Program-made: the position numbers and the translations under genes
NCBI GenBank assembly: GCA_047495785.1
Contig: JBLDXI010000042.1
Span: 1,054,001-1,118,000, forward strand
Origin: Lepidodermella squamata
Taxonomy: Eukaryota > Animalia > Gastrotricha
DNA: 64,000 bases
Reading direction: 5' to 3'
The notes under the pieces: generated by a model
The model's database searches: none
What the model saw: only the letters and a program-made list of their open reading frames with translations
Told to the model about the DNA's origin: nothing
Shown here: positions 24,174-37,483 of the stretch, in pieces
Layout of the letters: each line of letters starts with the position of its first letter
How positions within the stretch are numbered: the stretch's first letter is position 1

Positions 24174-27100
24174 CACTAGGAAAAAAGTAAAGCTAATTAG
24201 CTATTTCTATTTAGCCAAAGCTAGCTAAAAAACCTAGGCTATGCCTCAGCTTTTTATCAGCTAAAAAGCTATAGCTAAATAGCTATCGATAGACTGCGAC
24301 TGGAAGCATGCGGCGTAATAAAGTTACACAACAATGGCTGTGACCCTTTCTGATTACCACTCGAAGCTGCATTCGAATCGTTTTTCATCCATATACACAC
24401 AGAAGCAAAAAATATTTATTTTAACAACTTAGTTCTTAAATGCTACGACTCCAGCAGTGGCAGCAGTTTTCAATTGAATAATTTCAAATGGAGTTGGCTC
24501 CAGGTAAGAATTGCCATCGACTCACCAGGTAATTACTTTTATCAATGGCCTTTTTTAACTAAATTTTCTCATAAATTCGGGAAAAAATCAGAATAATTTC
24601 CTCCAGCTAGCACGAGCTTCATGATCTTGCCCTAACTAACGCAGCGCGAAAAATAACAATTTAATTAATGGACTAACCGGAGGAGGCTTGTGTTGGTTAG
24701 AGGCTTCATTATTCAATACGTATTTCATTAATTCATTTGAGGATTCACTAATTTTTTTCAATAATATTCAATTGAAATTTCATTATTTTTGTCAGAATTG
24801 CAGGTCATGGATTTAGCGATAAACACTTCTGAAAATGCATTGTAGCTGAAATTTACAGGTAAGAAGCTATTTTGAATTTAATCGATTAGCTTCCTTTCAC
24901 GCAATTTTTTTATTTTTTTCAGGAGAATTCTGGTTACCTCAGTTGATGATCATCGGTTGAAGACCATCGGTGTGCAATCCGTCATTGCTGGGTAAGAGGT
25001 AAGGATACTGTATTTTTTTGCTAAAATAAATTTTCAATCTCGAAATTTTTAAAAATTCATACAATTAATTTTCAGTGATTCGTTCATTTTTCCTGTTTTC
25101 GGACGTCAACCCCGAGCTATTAGCGTCTGGGCAACTATTGGAAATAATAGTAGTCACTCCTTTATTTTCTTGAAAATCAGATATTTTTTCATGCTGAAAA
25201 TGCTTTACTGAACTTGATTGAATTGAATTGAATTTATTTGAAATTTTTGAAATTTTCAGGCAGGCTAAGCATGAATTTCACTTCGTCTTATACCTAGAGA
25301 ATGTTGCGCTTAATTCATTGGTGAATTTTCTAGAATTATTGTGGCCAATCTTGACCTGCAAGAAATGTCCATAAAGCGATTTCAGGCTACTAGAAAATTC
25401 AAAAATTTGGTTCCGCTAACAGCAAATTTGGTTCCGCTGACAGGAGGACCCAAGAATAAAGTAATGTGAAACAATTTATAAAATATACAAATTTCTCAAA
25501 ATTAAACCTGAAACTTGACTTTTTTGAAAATTTGAAATTTTTGAAAAAATTTGAAAAATTCTAGTGTTAAAAAAATTACCGAAAGTTACTGAAATAACAA
25601 AATGCGATGTAATAAAATTGTTGGCACTTGGTTAAGCAAGTATCAAGTGTAATTTCAAGTGTCAAAATAAAAATTTTAAAATTTCAAAATTAAATCAGAA
25701 AATTGAAAAAATTGTAATCCAATTCTTTTAGCGATTAACTCCTAAATATCTGAAAATCAATTTTAAATTTTTCGGAAAATTTTTCATGAAATTTAAGGGT
25801 TCTATGACTAAAGAGCACGCGATCTAAGAGCAACGATTAAAGAGCAATGCATTAAGAGCAACCGATAAGAGAGCAACTGATTGAAGAGCAATTGGTCATA
25901 AGAGCAATTATTAATGAGGAATAAGTGGCACGCGACTTGATTTTTTTTGCTTTTCCTAATCAAGTGAATCTCGACCGATTAAGATGCCTGAATTGCTGTT
26001 TAATCGGCTCCCGTATTCACTTGATCGCCTACAGAAAAAAATGAAGTCGCGTGCCACTTTTTTGCCCTGATTTATCATTAATAATTGCTCTTATGACCAA
26101 TTGCTCTTCAATCGGTTAATCTCTTATCGGTTGCTCTTATTGCATTGCTCTTTAATCGTTGCTCTTAGATCGCGTGCTCTTTATTCATAGTAAGGGTAAA
26201 AACGTGTAACTGTCAACCTGACCACCAGAAAAAAAATTCGCGATTTAGATAGAAATTTATATATTTCCAGAAAGCCCTGGACATGAGCTTTCAGAAAATA
26301 TATATGACTATAGTCAGTTTTGTCAGTTAACATGATTTTTACCTTGTCAAAAATGGTACACATTTGACATTGACGAAATGCCAAAAGATGGCATTTTTCC
26401 CAACAACATTTTGACGACAGTTGAAAGTGCCTATGTAATATTAATATGTTTAAATGTTGATGACCATGTAAGCTTCAATTTGAGACATTGCTCGATGCCG
26501 TAGTCAAAATATTTTTTGACCAGGTGATGTTACATTTTTTGACACTGTCGCGTCGTTCCGTCCATCAATTATTGTTTCTAATTAGATTTCAACTAAGCGG
26601 TGCACTTTTAAAGGCCTCGGGGATGGGTAAAGCTGCGTCTATATTTGTTGGCAACATTTTGGCCTAAAAATTTTCCGGTCAGATGCTATAGATGTTGCGC
26701 AATCACATGGTCAAGTTTTTTAAATAAATATTGCAATTACTACTTCATATTCGAACAAAATCGGTCTCATTCGAGGTCAAGTATTCTCATACTGTGAATT
26801 ATCTTTCGAAAAATTCGAAGACATTTTTCGCCGTGATGAAATGTGCTGGCAAATATTTTGTTATTTGTGATTCAGTCTCGACTGTTCTCGTTTTTTACCT
26901 GTTGAATACTTTTATAAAAATTGTTCTGAAATAAAAATGACAAAGACGCTGAAATTTCATGTTTTATGAATTGAAATTGAATAAGAATATGGGGGAAAGG
27001 GGTAGGGGGCTGGGTGCGATTCTAGCTAATAAACCATGAGCTTATTAGCTTTCAGGCCAAAAAGGGACATCGCGCAATGTGCAACAGCTGTGATAAACAA

Positions 27101-27274
27101 GAATTCCACGCCGACCCACCACTCGCTCGGAGCCTAGCTATTTAGCCATTCATGGGTTATTAGCTTCCCTGAATTTAGCTGAAATAGCTAATTAGGGGGA
27201 CATAGGAGGGGTTATTAGCACTCTTGGTCCTTGGGTTTATTAGCTAGCTAATAAACTATACTTTTTTCCTAGTG
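24174..27274. mobile_element. Non-autonomous CACTA/CMC-like DNA transposon (~3.1 kb)
   Basis: TIRs CACTAGGAAAAAAGTA ... TACTTTTTTCCTAGTG with TT on both flanks, and dense subterminal TAGCTA/AGCTA repeats at both ends. Confidence 0.75.
25802..26190. mobile_element. About 390-bp palindromic foldback MITE nested in the CACTA element
   Basis: Near-complete hairpin with about 7 AAGAGCA units per arm, flanked by a TAAGGGTT/TAAGGGTA direct repeat (putative 7-8 bp TSD). Confidence 0.85.
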
Positions 27275-27625
27275 TTTTCTTCAGGTTATCATGCTCGTAA
27301 CTCCCGAGCTCGGGGCAGTGATCCGAAGGTCCAGCTCTGAGGGGGGTAAATCGCGCCATTTGTAGCCCAAAATTTGCAAATCAACAGGGGGGACCCTTAC
27401 GTTTTTCAGAATTTTTCGAACGCCAGGGGGGGTTGGATTACACCCCCCCTTACCCCCCGTACTCGGAGCACTGGCTCGGGGTACGGCGCCCCCTTCATGC
27501 CCCCGTTTACTCAGCCATTGTTGGCGGATTCTGCCGGTAAAGACTTCAAAACTGGATGTCAAGAGTTTGCTAATACTAATAGCGTAGTTAATAATCAGGT
27601 AACAGGTCAGGTTTCAAATCCTATA

Positions 27626-27803
27626 CAGTAAAACCTCCATAATTTAGACACCTTCCGTAGAGGCCTTAAACCGTCTAATATTGGAGCTGTCTAAGATACA
27701 GAAATTCCAAACAATAGTTGTCTTTGCGGTTCGTCGCCGATAAAAAGTTTCTAATCATTGAGATGTCTAATTAATAGACATCTATTTTAGGGAGATTTTA
27801 CTG
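27626..27803. mobile_element. Tc1/mariner (pogo/Tigger-like) MITE
   Basis: TA|CAGTAAAACCTCC ... GGAGATTTTACTG|TA, i.e. TIRs with a TA target duplication. Confidence 0.75.
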
Positions 27804-28088
27804 TAATTCCTAAATTCCTATACTTTCCATATTCCCTGTTATTTCCTTTCATCCCCGATTGAAATGCAATCTTTTTCAGCAATTTATTTTGCCATCAATA
27901 ACAATGGAACTATGGATAGCATTTGACAATTTTTAATAAGCGAGGGTACAAAACTCTTCAAAGAGCGCGAATCTTTTATAATACTTTTATTATTATTATT
28001 TATTTATATATCATCATTATATATTAAAAATGTCAAGATTGAAATTGAAATTGAAAAATCCCCTGCTTTTCTCGCGGATCATTAGTCT

Positions 28089-28626
28089 GGGTCTATTTCA
28101 TCTGCTCACTTAAAAATTATTTTTCATTGTGAAATTCCATTTTATTCTATTTTCAGCGTGTAACGGAGAAAAGGATGATCTCAAAAATAAACTAATTTGT
28201 TATTTCAGCTGGTGGCTAAGGAGGATAAGAAGCACTTAAAAATTGTTGAACAATCCAGGGATTAGAATATTTCATTTTTCGCAGTAACGGTTCTCGCATG
28301 CCGCACGCTACGAAAAAAAGAAAAATGCTGGAAACGTCATCTGGTATGTTCGCTGGAGACGAGAAAGAGACGATAAGCGCCCAAACGACGCGTAGTGGTC
28401 GGGTGGAAGCGTCGTCTTTCTCTCAGCTCGTCTCCTAAAATAGCAGTCGGACGCAAAAGAGACGCGGACTTTGAACATTTCGATGCGCAAACTGGCGAGT
28501 TGATTAGGGAGTACAATGCGGGTTGGCATCTGTTTTTATTTTTGAGTGAATAAAAATAATTACAAAATCGTATTTCACTCAAAAATAATTCATAATCCTT
28601 TTTCTGAGAGCAAATGAAATAGACCC
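28089..28626. mobile_element. PIF/Harbinger (Tourist-like) MITE
   Basis: TIRs GGGTCTATTTCAT ... ATGAAATAGACCC with a 3-bp TSD TCT. The 3' ~80 bp match 22495-22580. Confidence 0.8.
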
Positions 28627-29156
28627 TCTGTGTTTTTTTTTAATTGTCAGTGCCACGCGACTGGAAATAAAATCACTAGAAAGCCTAGGCTAATGAGCTT
28701 TAGCAAAAAACTAGTTTACAAAGACAATTATTTTGTCGCCTAAAAAATTAAGAAAAACTCGGTTCTTGGTTGAAATGATTAGTCATTTTGGCTAATTCAG
28801 CAAAGAACCTTTTTCCATCCCTTGCTGCTCCGGGATCCAAGATCGCCCGCTGCCGAATCTGGATGATCGTTCCCACTGTTAGGCTTTGTAGTCATTTGGC
28901 TATTAAAATGTTATAAAGTTTTCAAAGTCATTTTTCGGTTCAATGACAATATATTGTCTCTTCAATTCTAGATTTAGTCGTTTTATAGATTATTGTCTCA
29001 TATGCCAATTATTAATACGATTTTGCAGTTCAACTTCTTTTTGATTGGATTAATAGTAGCCACGATTTTTACGGCACGTGTTGTTATCATTTAATGTCGA
29101 AAATTCTCCAGGTCATTATTTTTATTTCATTTGTCATGATTTTTATTTATTAAAAA

Positions 29157-32100
29157 ATGCATTTGTTCGCAACTGTTTTGCTTTTAATCGTCGCAATTCA
29201 CAGCGGCGACTGCGCCGCCTATCGGCGATGCATATCGCGGTGGAACGACGACTTCATTGATTGTAAGGAAACATGCTCGTATTTCGAAGAAGTTCAGGTG
29301 AGGTTTCACTGTTAACATCAACCAATTTTCGTCAATTTTTTTCGACCAGTTGGGCCAAGCTCTTCCCGATTACGAGTCATGCAAAGGCGAGGTGTGTTCG
29401 GAAGAACCTAATCAATTTCAATCAACTATTTTCTGTTATCAGTCGGCTCACAGCTGCTTCAACACCAAGCTGTTCACGTTGAGATGCCTCCCGAAAATTG
29501 TTCCCTGTTCGACGGCGGAAATCCCAGTAAATTTCAGCCTCGAGTTTCTGTATTCAAATGATTAGTATTTGTTTTATTATCGTAGCACAAGGATTTTATC
29601 GGCATGACTTTCAAACCTCGTTACACCGCCTGCCTCCTTGAGATTCGTCAAATTATGGTAATATTTATCCAGTAAAATTTTCAATCTAATTGTTGTCAAT
29701 TTGACAGTCAAAACCGGCGAAGTTATGCCGGAAAGGCGCCACCTGGATGTGCTTTCCTAATGAAATGGACTGTCCGGCAAATTTCGTAAGAATGTCTATG
29801 ATTTCTTTCAATTTTAATCACCTTGATTTTGCAATTTCATTACTTTTTTCCAGCAATTCATTCTGCCATCAATCACAATGGAAGATTGCCTAGCTCAGCA
29901 TGCTTGTTAGTCGTATCTTTTTCTATCAATTTAGTATGAATAAAGCAATGTTTTGTGTCCAGCTCCTAGAAGTTCGGATTATTCACCCCACGTTCGCTGC
30001 TTTTCGACAACCGATCGCTCATTCGCCGGCTGTCTATTGGCTACCCCAGGTTGCGATGATTCGAAACAAACGCAGGTCTCAATCATATTATTTATTGTTT
30101 TCATATCGCTGAAGAACGAATCCTTAATCTGTAAACTTTTTTCAGATCTACAGCGGCGGTATTTACATCGACAAGGATCATTGCTCTGCTGGGGTAGGTC
30201 GCAATTAATTTTCAGCAATACCTAAAGCTCCATTTTTTTCCAGCCAGCAGCTCTGTGCAAATCTGCTTCAACTTTGGTCTGCCGTGGAATATGCAGAGAT
30301 CCAATGAGTTTGGTATGTTCTCCGAGAGAATACTTGTTCTGCATTGATATCGCCCCTTAAGGTGATCGCATTCAATGGCGATAAGCGATTTGACGTAAAC
30401 TATGGCGAGTGTCTAGGATATCTTGCGAAATACAACGTAAAATTGCTCGAATTAGCGAACTTCCAAAGTCATTGTATTCATTTTCTGCCTAGAAACGTCA
30501 AACTTTATGCCTGAATCCGAAGACTTTTGCCTTCAACAACTGCATACCTACTGATGGCAGCGAATCGTGCCCGCCTGGTAGCACAAACCAGTATTCAACC
30601 GGCGTTACATTCGCAAATCTTGGGGAGTGCGAATCGGGTTCATTGAAAATGCATAACTAGTTGTTCGAAATTGATCAACCTCTATTTCACAGCGCCTCCG
30701 TCAATGTTCCCCCATCGACGTTGTTTCGACGTAGGGCACACTGTTTTTTTGGGTTGCCAACCTGCCCAGCTTTCATGTGAAGGAAAAGCGGTGAGTTGTC
30801 TTTTCTTAGTAAGATTATCCGAACCTGTTGCTTTTTAGACACCTGGAATGACAATCTACTCGACAAAGGCCACTTGTGAAACAGGGGTTGAATTGAAACA
30901 ATCTATTTCCGATTGAAGTCTAACATAACTTCTTGGAAATAGGTTGTCAATATGTGCTACGATGCTACAACGGGTGGCAGCTGTCTCGATTCCTGCCCTG
31001 AAGGAGCGCTCAAATTTGACGTGAGCTTGAAGAAAACACATTTATAACCTCTATGAATTTTACCCTAATAGCTTGGAACAATCGGTAAAGTGTCAGGTCT
31101 ATACGCCAACAGTTTTCAATCATGCCAAACCGCCATTCAGGTATAAACTACTATTAGATTGCTTCAATTTAGAATTTCACGTCGCGTTGAATTTCAGGGT
31201 CGCCACAAAGCTTGCGTTGATTGGTTAACAGATACACGTGTTGTATGCATTCCAGTCAACTCGAATTGCCCTGCTGAGACTGTGGGTTTTTACATTCTAG
31301 TGATAAGTTGATAGATGAGCTAATCTTTCGTTTCGAACATCATATTTCTCATTTCTTATTGAAAGCAAGCAAGACTGTGAATTTGTCTGTAATGGCCAGC
31401 AGTGTATTTTTTCTAAAAAGGTTTCGGAATCCATGTTCGATAAGAATGGGGGCCTAGTATGACTGAGCCGATCCCACAGTAGGATTGAACTCTATGTCCG
31501 AAACATAGAGAACGAAGCGATTACTTCGTTCCGGGAGATCCGGGAGCTGAGGTGTTTACTACTTGTTTTCTGGGACCCAGTCAAAGAAACCAAAGCCCCC
31601 TGTGGTTTTTACAGCCTTTCTCTGGTTGTAGTCGCGACACCCCAGCATCCTTGTACTTCGCACCCTGATGCATAAGAGACACTTATTTTCTAGGTAGCAA
31701 CGCAAGATGGAGAGACGTATGACTCATTCGCTGTTTGCACTAGTGAGCTTGTCGAGCTGGGATTATGCGAAAAATAATTCTCATCGTTGAAATTAGACAC
31801 TGCGGTCGCTACATTTCTACGCTGCTACGCTGCCGATCTGTCCTTCAAAGGCTGCATCTATGACGTTAACTGCCCCGATGGCTGGAGAAACGTTTGTCCT
31901 TGCAATGTGTTATGCATATGTCCTAATTTATTTACTTCAAACAGATTGGGGAAATCCGCTATACTTCTGAGAAAAGTTGCAAAACAGGCGTAAGCATTTT
32001 TACTGCTTATTCAACGTTTCAAACACATTATTTTTCATAGCCCGCCTCCCAATGCGCTGCAAAAGGGCAACTAAATTCTTGTCAAGATTCTGAGTCTTGC

Positions 32101-34252
32101 CCAGAAGGAGTTCCCTTGGTTTGTTCCCTATCGAAATTTAACACTAATATCCAAAAAGTTTGTTTGCAGAAGGTTTATAATGATGAAAGTTTCGACATCA
32201 ACTACAATTCCTGCCGGCAAGACATCACATCATTGCCCACAATGGTAATATTAGCTTTGAACTTGGAGCATAACCTAATTCGCAATATATTCTATTTCAA
32301 GTTCAAGATGTGCACAAATTCATTGCTCATGTCTGCGAAATGTCTACCGCCTGCGAGTGATTGTCCTTCCGGCTGGGTTAGTTTCAAATTTGGATGGAAA
32401 TTTAGCTTAATTTTCAAACATTCTTACTTTAGACACAAACCATACCCGCTACGGAAAACGATGCGCCATTGGAAAGCGTCCAATCGTGCGAAAATCGTAC
32501 GTTTCTAGTTATCCGATGTTAGATAATAGATTAAAACAATGTTGGTCATTGCAGAGACACCATTCGGACTACCGTTCGAAGTTGCTTTCTTGCCGCTGAC
32601 TGAGACATATGGCCTGAGTGACATTAGCGGCAATGACGTCAACGGGACATTTACTGGAACTTCCCAAGCTTACGTACTTGGACCTTTTGGCTCTGAATCT
32701 TCCGGGCTGGAATTCGACTCTACACAAGGCTATCCGACTCTCGTCAACAACCAGCTCGCTTTAGGCGACTCTTCTTTCACAATATCGTTGTACGTCGCTA
32801 CTTACTCGAATACCTTTGTGCGGGTTTTCGATTTTCGTAATGCATCGGCGCAGTTCAGTCTTGATTACAGTCGGTCATATGGCTCCGGCATCGCCCAAAT
32901 AACAACAGGTAAAATTTCAAAAGGTTCAACACGATAGGTGACGATGCATCATCCGTAGAATTTTCCATGGTTGGTTTATCCATGGTTTATCCATGTTGAG
33001 AATTTACAAAATTCAGCGATATAGATTTCGCGACCATATAATATCGGAAAAAGCGAAATAAAATTGTTTTTAATTAATTAATAAAATTTGTATCGCTAGA
33101 TAGAGAGAGCACCCATCATAGAATTTTCCTAGAATTGAAATTTTTTCTGGGTGAGCCAACCGCGACAGAAGGATGGAGTATCCTGAGAGTCCCCTCTGTT
33201 ACTTTTCCGATATTTTTTTGCCCTAATGATAGGCTTGGTAGTTACTCCTTTTTCTTGCCGCACCTTTCCTACTACTATGCCTTGGGTCCACATCGGCGTA
33301 ATCTATGACAAGGAGGCGCAGAAAGTAACCGCAGTTTGCGACGGTGACTCCATCTCGTTGCAAAATGTTACGCAGCCAGCAACTAGCAACGAACTGGGAC
33401 TAGGACGCAATTATTATGGTTTCAACACGTTTTCTGGGCAGATGTCATGTTTATCGATTTACAAGCATGCCCTGACTACACCACAACTGTGGATCCTTCG
33501 TAAACGGTGTCTGCAAATTCACGCGGGCCAAAAATGGTCACCAACCACTTTGAGTAGTCTACAGCCTCCAGTCATTGCTTCGTGGCCACTTTTAACTGAT
33601 TTTGAAGACGTCATCGACCCGAGAGCTGATGGTCAAACCTCGGCAACGGATCTCACGATAGTTTCCGGCCCATTCGGTTTTGCCAACTCGGCTATCTACT
33701 TTGATTCAACGCAGCCAATCACGATGAGCGCTGATAAGATCAAATTAAGTGGGGGATACACCATCACGTTTTATGCAACAATCCCCAAGGAGGGGACCAA
33801 GACGCTCCTTGAGTTTGCACCAGTCGAGCAAGCAAATGGTCTAAAATTCCTCTCCAATTCGGATGCATCGTTTATAGTCAAAGCGTCTGACGAGACACAG
33901 CTTACTGTGCAATGCCTTGAGACTTCCCCTTGGCACTTCATAATGATGAACTTCGGCAGAGACTTTATACGCATCGCTTGCGATAAATCTATTGAAGGGG
34001 TCGCTGGAACTCCAGTTACCGCTAGCGGGATGTTTCGGTTAGCTGGGTAACGTTTCAATTTGCGCAGCGTTTTTTATTAATATCAATTTGATTCTTCCCG
34101 TTCCAAGGTCATGGGCAGCGCCAATCACGCCGCTGGATGGCAACATTGCTTGTCTGAACTTCTACAACTATGAATACTTATTCGTGGAGGTTGAACCGTT
34201 GCGTGTCGCTCAAATCAACTGCGCCTTATACTCGATGCCGGCGATTGATTAA
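29157..34252 (+). CDS. Secreted short-exon Cys-rich repeat protein + two LamG/ConA-like domains (copy L2, extra repeat unit; a repeat insertion near 31440-31620 may disrupt it)
   Basis: Signal peptide MHLFATVLLLIVAIHSGDC, more than 20 short exons homologous to L1 and L3, LamG ORFs 32539-32937 and 33226-34050, and a last exon ending PAID* at 34252. Confidence 0.7.
31552..31622 (+). repeat. Dispersed repeat, second copy at about 55482-55551
   Basis: Shared TGTTT(A)CTACTTGTTTTC..GGACCCAG...AAGAAACCAAAG...CCCC.TGTGGTTT..CAGCCTTTCTC. Confidence 0.65.
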
Positions 34253-35379
34253 ATTGCAGTTTCGAACAGACCGCTGACTTTTATTCATCATTTTTGATCA
34301 AAATGAGTTGAGCTTATTAAAACTTGGATTTGATTGCTACAGGCGACTATTTTGTGCGTCGATATAGGTTTTCTTGTAAATAAAAATCTACTATTTGAGG
34401 AAATATGGAACGGAGAGTCTCACATAAAACTGACATGATGTCTCAGTAGATGCTCAGAACATTGCTAAACGTTCGCTTTTCATGACAATTTTCTAAAGTT
34501 TTGAGTTGGCTATCAAAACGGCCTTCCTTCAAAAGGTCATTTTTCACTTTAGACTTCTGATTTCTGATTTCTGCGACGTTGAAGAAAGATTGATTACAAG
34601 GCAAAATGACCGGTGACAAGTGAAAAATGGGGTTTGGCAAATTTCCCAGAAATCGCAAGGAGCGATCAATTTGTCTGAGTGACGATTCTCGATATCCTAG
34701 ATGGCCTTAGGTACGAAGTCTTTCATTATCATTCTTAAATTTTCGAATTTCAGACATCTATAATCTTTATAGAATGCTCCCATCCTCCTTAAAACAAGGA
34801 AAACCGCAAAATTTCCCTAAATAGTGGTTATATTAACTGCATGTAATAAAACAACTGAATTTTCAAGGGCGCATTTAAAATCGAATATTCCCTAGTAATA
34901 ATGGTCTGCGGTCAGCAGCACTTTAAGCCGGATGCCGGATTCCTCGGAATTTAGGTTAAATGACGGTTTTTCATTTGCTTTTGTTCCATTTTTTTGAGGC
35001 CAACTGATTATATTGGCAAGGATATTTCTTTCTTTAACCCGAAAACTCCATTTTCTCGACAGAATGCATCCGCCGCAACAAAAGCTCGTGAAAAATGCGG
35101 TGACCCCTAAACAGTCGCGGTAACTAAAGAAAATATTTTGCGCTGATTTATGAACACACAATACTGTCCAGATTACTTTATTCACTTTATTTCTTGAACT
35201 CGAATAATTATAATTAGGAGCGAAAACGCAAGAAAAATATCGTATACCTAAAGGTGAAGCCTACAGTGATTTCTATTCTAAAATCAACTTTCTACTCTTT
35301 ACAATTCTCATTTTGTTTGGAAAAGGCTAATGTTAAATCGGAGCGTCTCGAATCGTAGGCAGCGGAGTGCATGAAGATT

Positions 35380-36010
35380 TTATGGGTTCCAGCAGTTGGC
35401 CGGTTGGTCGTTGATTTTCGTCCAGAAGCGCTTGCCTGGCATAAGCTGCGAGTAGGCGTAGAATGCCCATCCGCCACTCGATGCGGATGCGGCGTTCCAC
35501 GTTGATCCGCAGAACTTGGTATCGCTCATGCCGACAATACTTACGCCAGTGGCATGTGTAGCCATAGTCCAGCCGGAACCATGTTGCGAGGCGCAGAGCG
35601 AATCGCCTGATGAGGCTGATGTCAAGTCGCTTCCTAATTCAAAGAATGAGTGACATACATTAAAAAAAAATTGAAAAATCATTGAAAATACCTTTAACAG
35701 GCGTAGTAAGAGCTGCATGGCCTCCGAGCCAGTTGTTGTAGAACACGACATTCATCGCGCATCCGTTGCAGGGCTGCATGGGGTAGCATGGCCGCGGAGA
35801 GTTGTCTCGCTTCACGCAAAGCACCGGCAAGACGCTGCTGCACGGCGTATCGCCCTGGTAGGCATTGCAGCCGTTACAACTCAGGCGATCAATGCCGAAT
35901 GTGGGGTTATGAGATTCGACCGACCACGTCATGCCTTTGCCTCCGGTCGCTTGGACGGAAGCGAATGCGAAACAAGCTACAAGAGCAGCAACAAGGCAAC
36001 CTGTGTTCAT
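35380..36010 (-). CDS. Secreted 190-aa bacterial-type Cys-rich protein (copy 2); intron 35634-35691
   Basis: Four amino-acid differences from copy 1. It lies in a duplicated block, about 35038-36369 matching 19896-21108. Confidence 0.75.
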
Positions 36011-36569
36011 AGTTGGTATTTTATAAGAAATATTGTATTAATTTTGAAAGTAAATTCTTATTTGAAAACTCGGCAAAGCGTCGGCTCAATTTATAGCTGT
36101 CAATCAAGGGGATGCGGCATTTCCGCTGCATTTCCGCTGCAGAAACGGATTCAGTTGTTCTCAACCAGAACGGTTTTTTGTATTGAAACGAGCTATTGAT
36201 ATAAACAAATATTTGAGCACGAAAAGGCAATTAAGTAACGCGTTGGTGATGTAAACAATATCATTTAATATAAGTAAGAACAGCTAGGTCACGAATTGAC
36301 ATGTTGCTCAATTGTCTTTTTGTACCCACAATTTTTTCATATCAATAGCACGTTTCTCCAGCGGAAATGTCGCTTTAACTGTGGCAACTAGGTTTCAAAC
36401 TTATTTTGTAGGAACTGCAATTAATTTTTCAAATTAAACCTACCGAGAGAAAAAGTTCCATCTTCATCTCCCATCAGCAATTCAACCGAAGAAATGAAAA
36501 AACTCGATGGTAACTAGTTCGGTAATTTTCGGTATTTTACCCGGTTTGACCGAATATATGCGGACCTTC

Positions 36570-37310
36570 TCAACCCCATTCCCGAACAAAAAAGTGCACA
36601 CTGTTTACGAGTTTTTTCGGTTCGCATATTTTTTTACGGGTTTTGTGGCTATTTTTTTCATCGCCAACGATGATTCATTCAGTCATTTGGAGGTTTTATT
36701 GCTGTTATTGGAGTATTTTTGTCAAAGTGCGAGAAATGCCCAAAAAAGTAGACGGCGCGTGCCAGATTTTTGCGAGGTTTGTCGTCATGAAAAAATTGCA
36801 CAGTGATATCACGAAAAAAATACGACTTTTTCTGCCATTCATGGAGTGGCGTTTTTTCGACTGATATCGACCCTGTGATTTTAATTGCTGTTTTGGGGTT
36901 CTTTAGGATTTAATTTGAAATTAGCGTAAAAATGTCGAGATTTTTTGCAATGTCAAGAAATCTCGAAAATGAAATATGGACTTGGCGCCGCAAAAACAAC
37001 CAAGTCCAAAGTGCAAGTTATTTATAAACCAATAAAAACAACATCATTTATGTGATCACTGGTGGCGTAGTTGATGAGGCGTTGGGCTGGTGCATCAATG
37101 ATCGATGGTTCGACACCCACCGCAGAGGCACATTTTTAATTAATTAATTAACCAATTAATTGAATCATATTACGATATTTCTGGCTATTTGTATTTTCTC
37201 GACATATTACGCTAATTTCAAATTAAATCCCAAAAAACCCTACTTGGAAATCACGTAAAAAAACACGAGAAAAGTCGCATTTGATAAACTTTTTTTTGTT
37301 CGGGTTGACA
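36570..37310. mobile_element. Inverted-repeat element containing a tRNA-like Pol III promoter (37061-37125)
   Basis: Arms GGATTTAATTTGAAATTAGCGTAAAAATGTCGAGA and TCTCGACATATTACGCTAATTTCAAATTAAATCC. The core has an A-box-like TGGCGTAGTTG and a B-box GGTTCGACACC. Confidence 0.5.
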
Positions 37311-37483
37311 AGGGACAAGGGACCTTGTTACTATTCTCGTGATTATTATTATTTTTTAAATTAATTCTGGCCATGAGAAGATGTGACCTCGCCTCTCATT
37401 TTAGCGTTTCTGAACCCTCTTCCGTGTACATAATTTCTCTGCTTGCGTTGCTTATGGGATACAATGAGTTTGCTGTAATAACA

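Noticed and set aside
25802-26190. AAGAGCA repeats with variable spacers resembling a mini-CRISPR array
   Set aside because: The repeats are only 7 bp with 6-9 bp linkers, mirrored in an inverted arm with a TSD. There are no cas genes and the context is eukaryotic, so it is a foldback MITE.
37061-37130. Functional tRNA gene
   Set aside because: A and B boxes are present but I could not fold a proper cloverleaf; treated as SINE-like.
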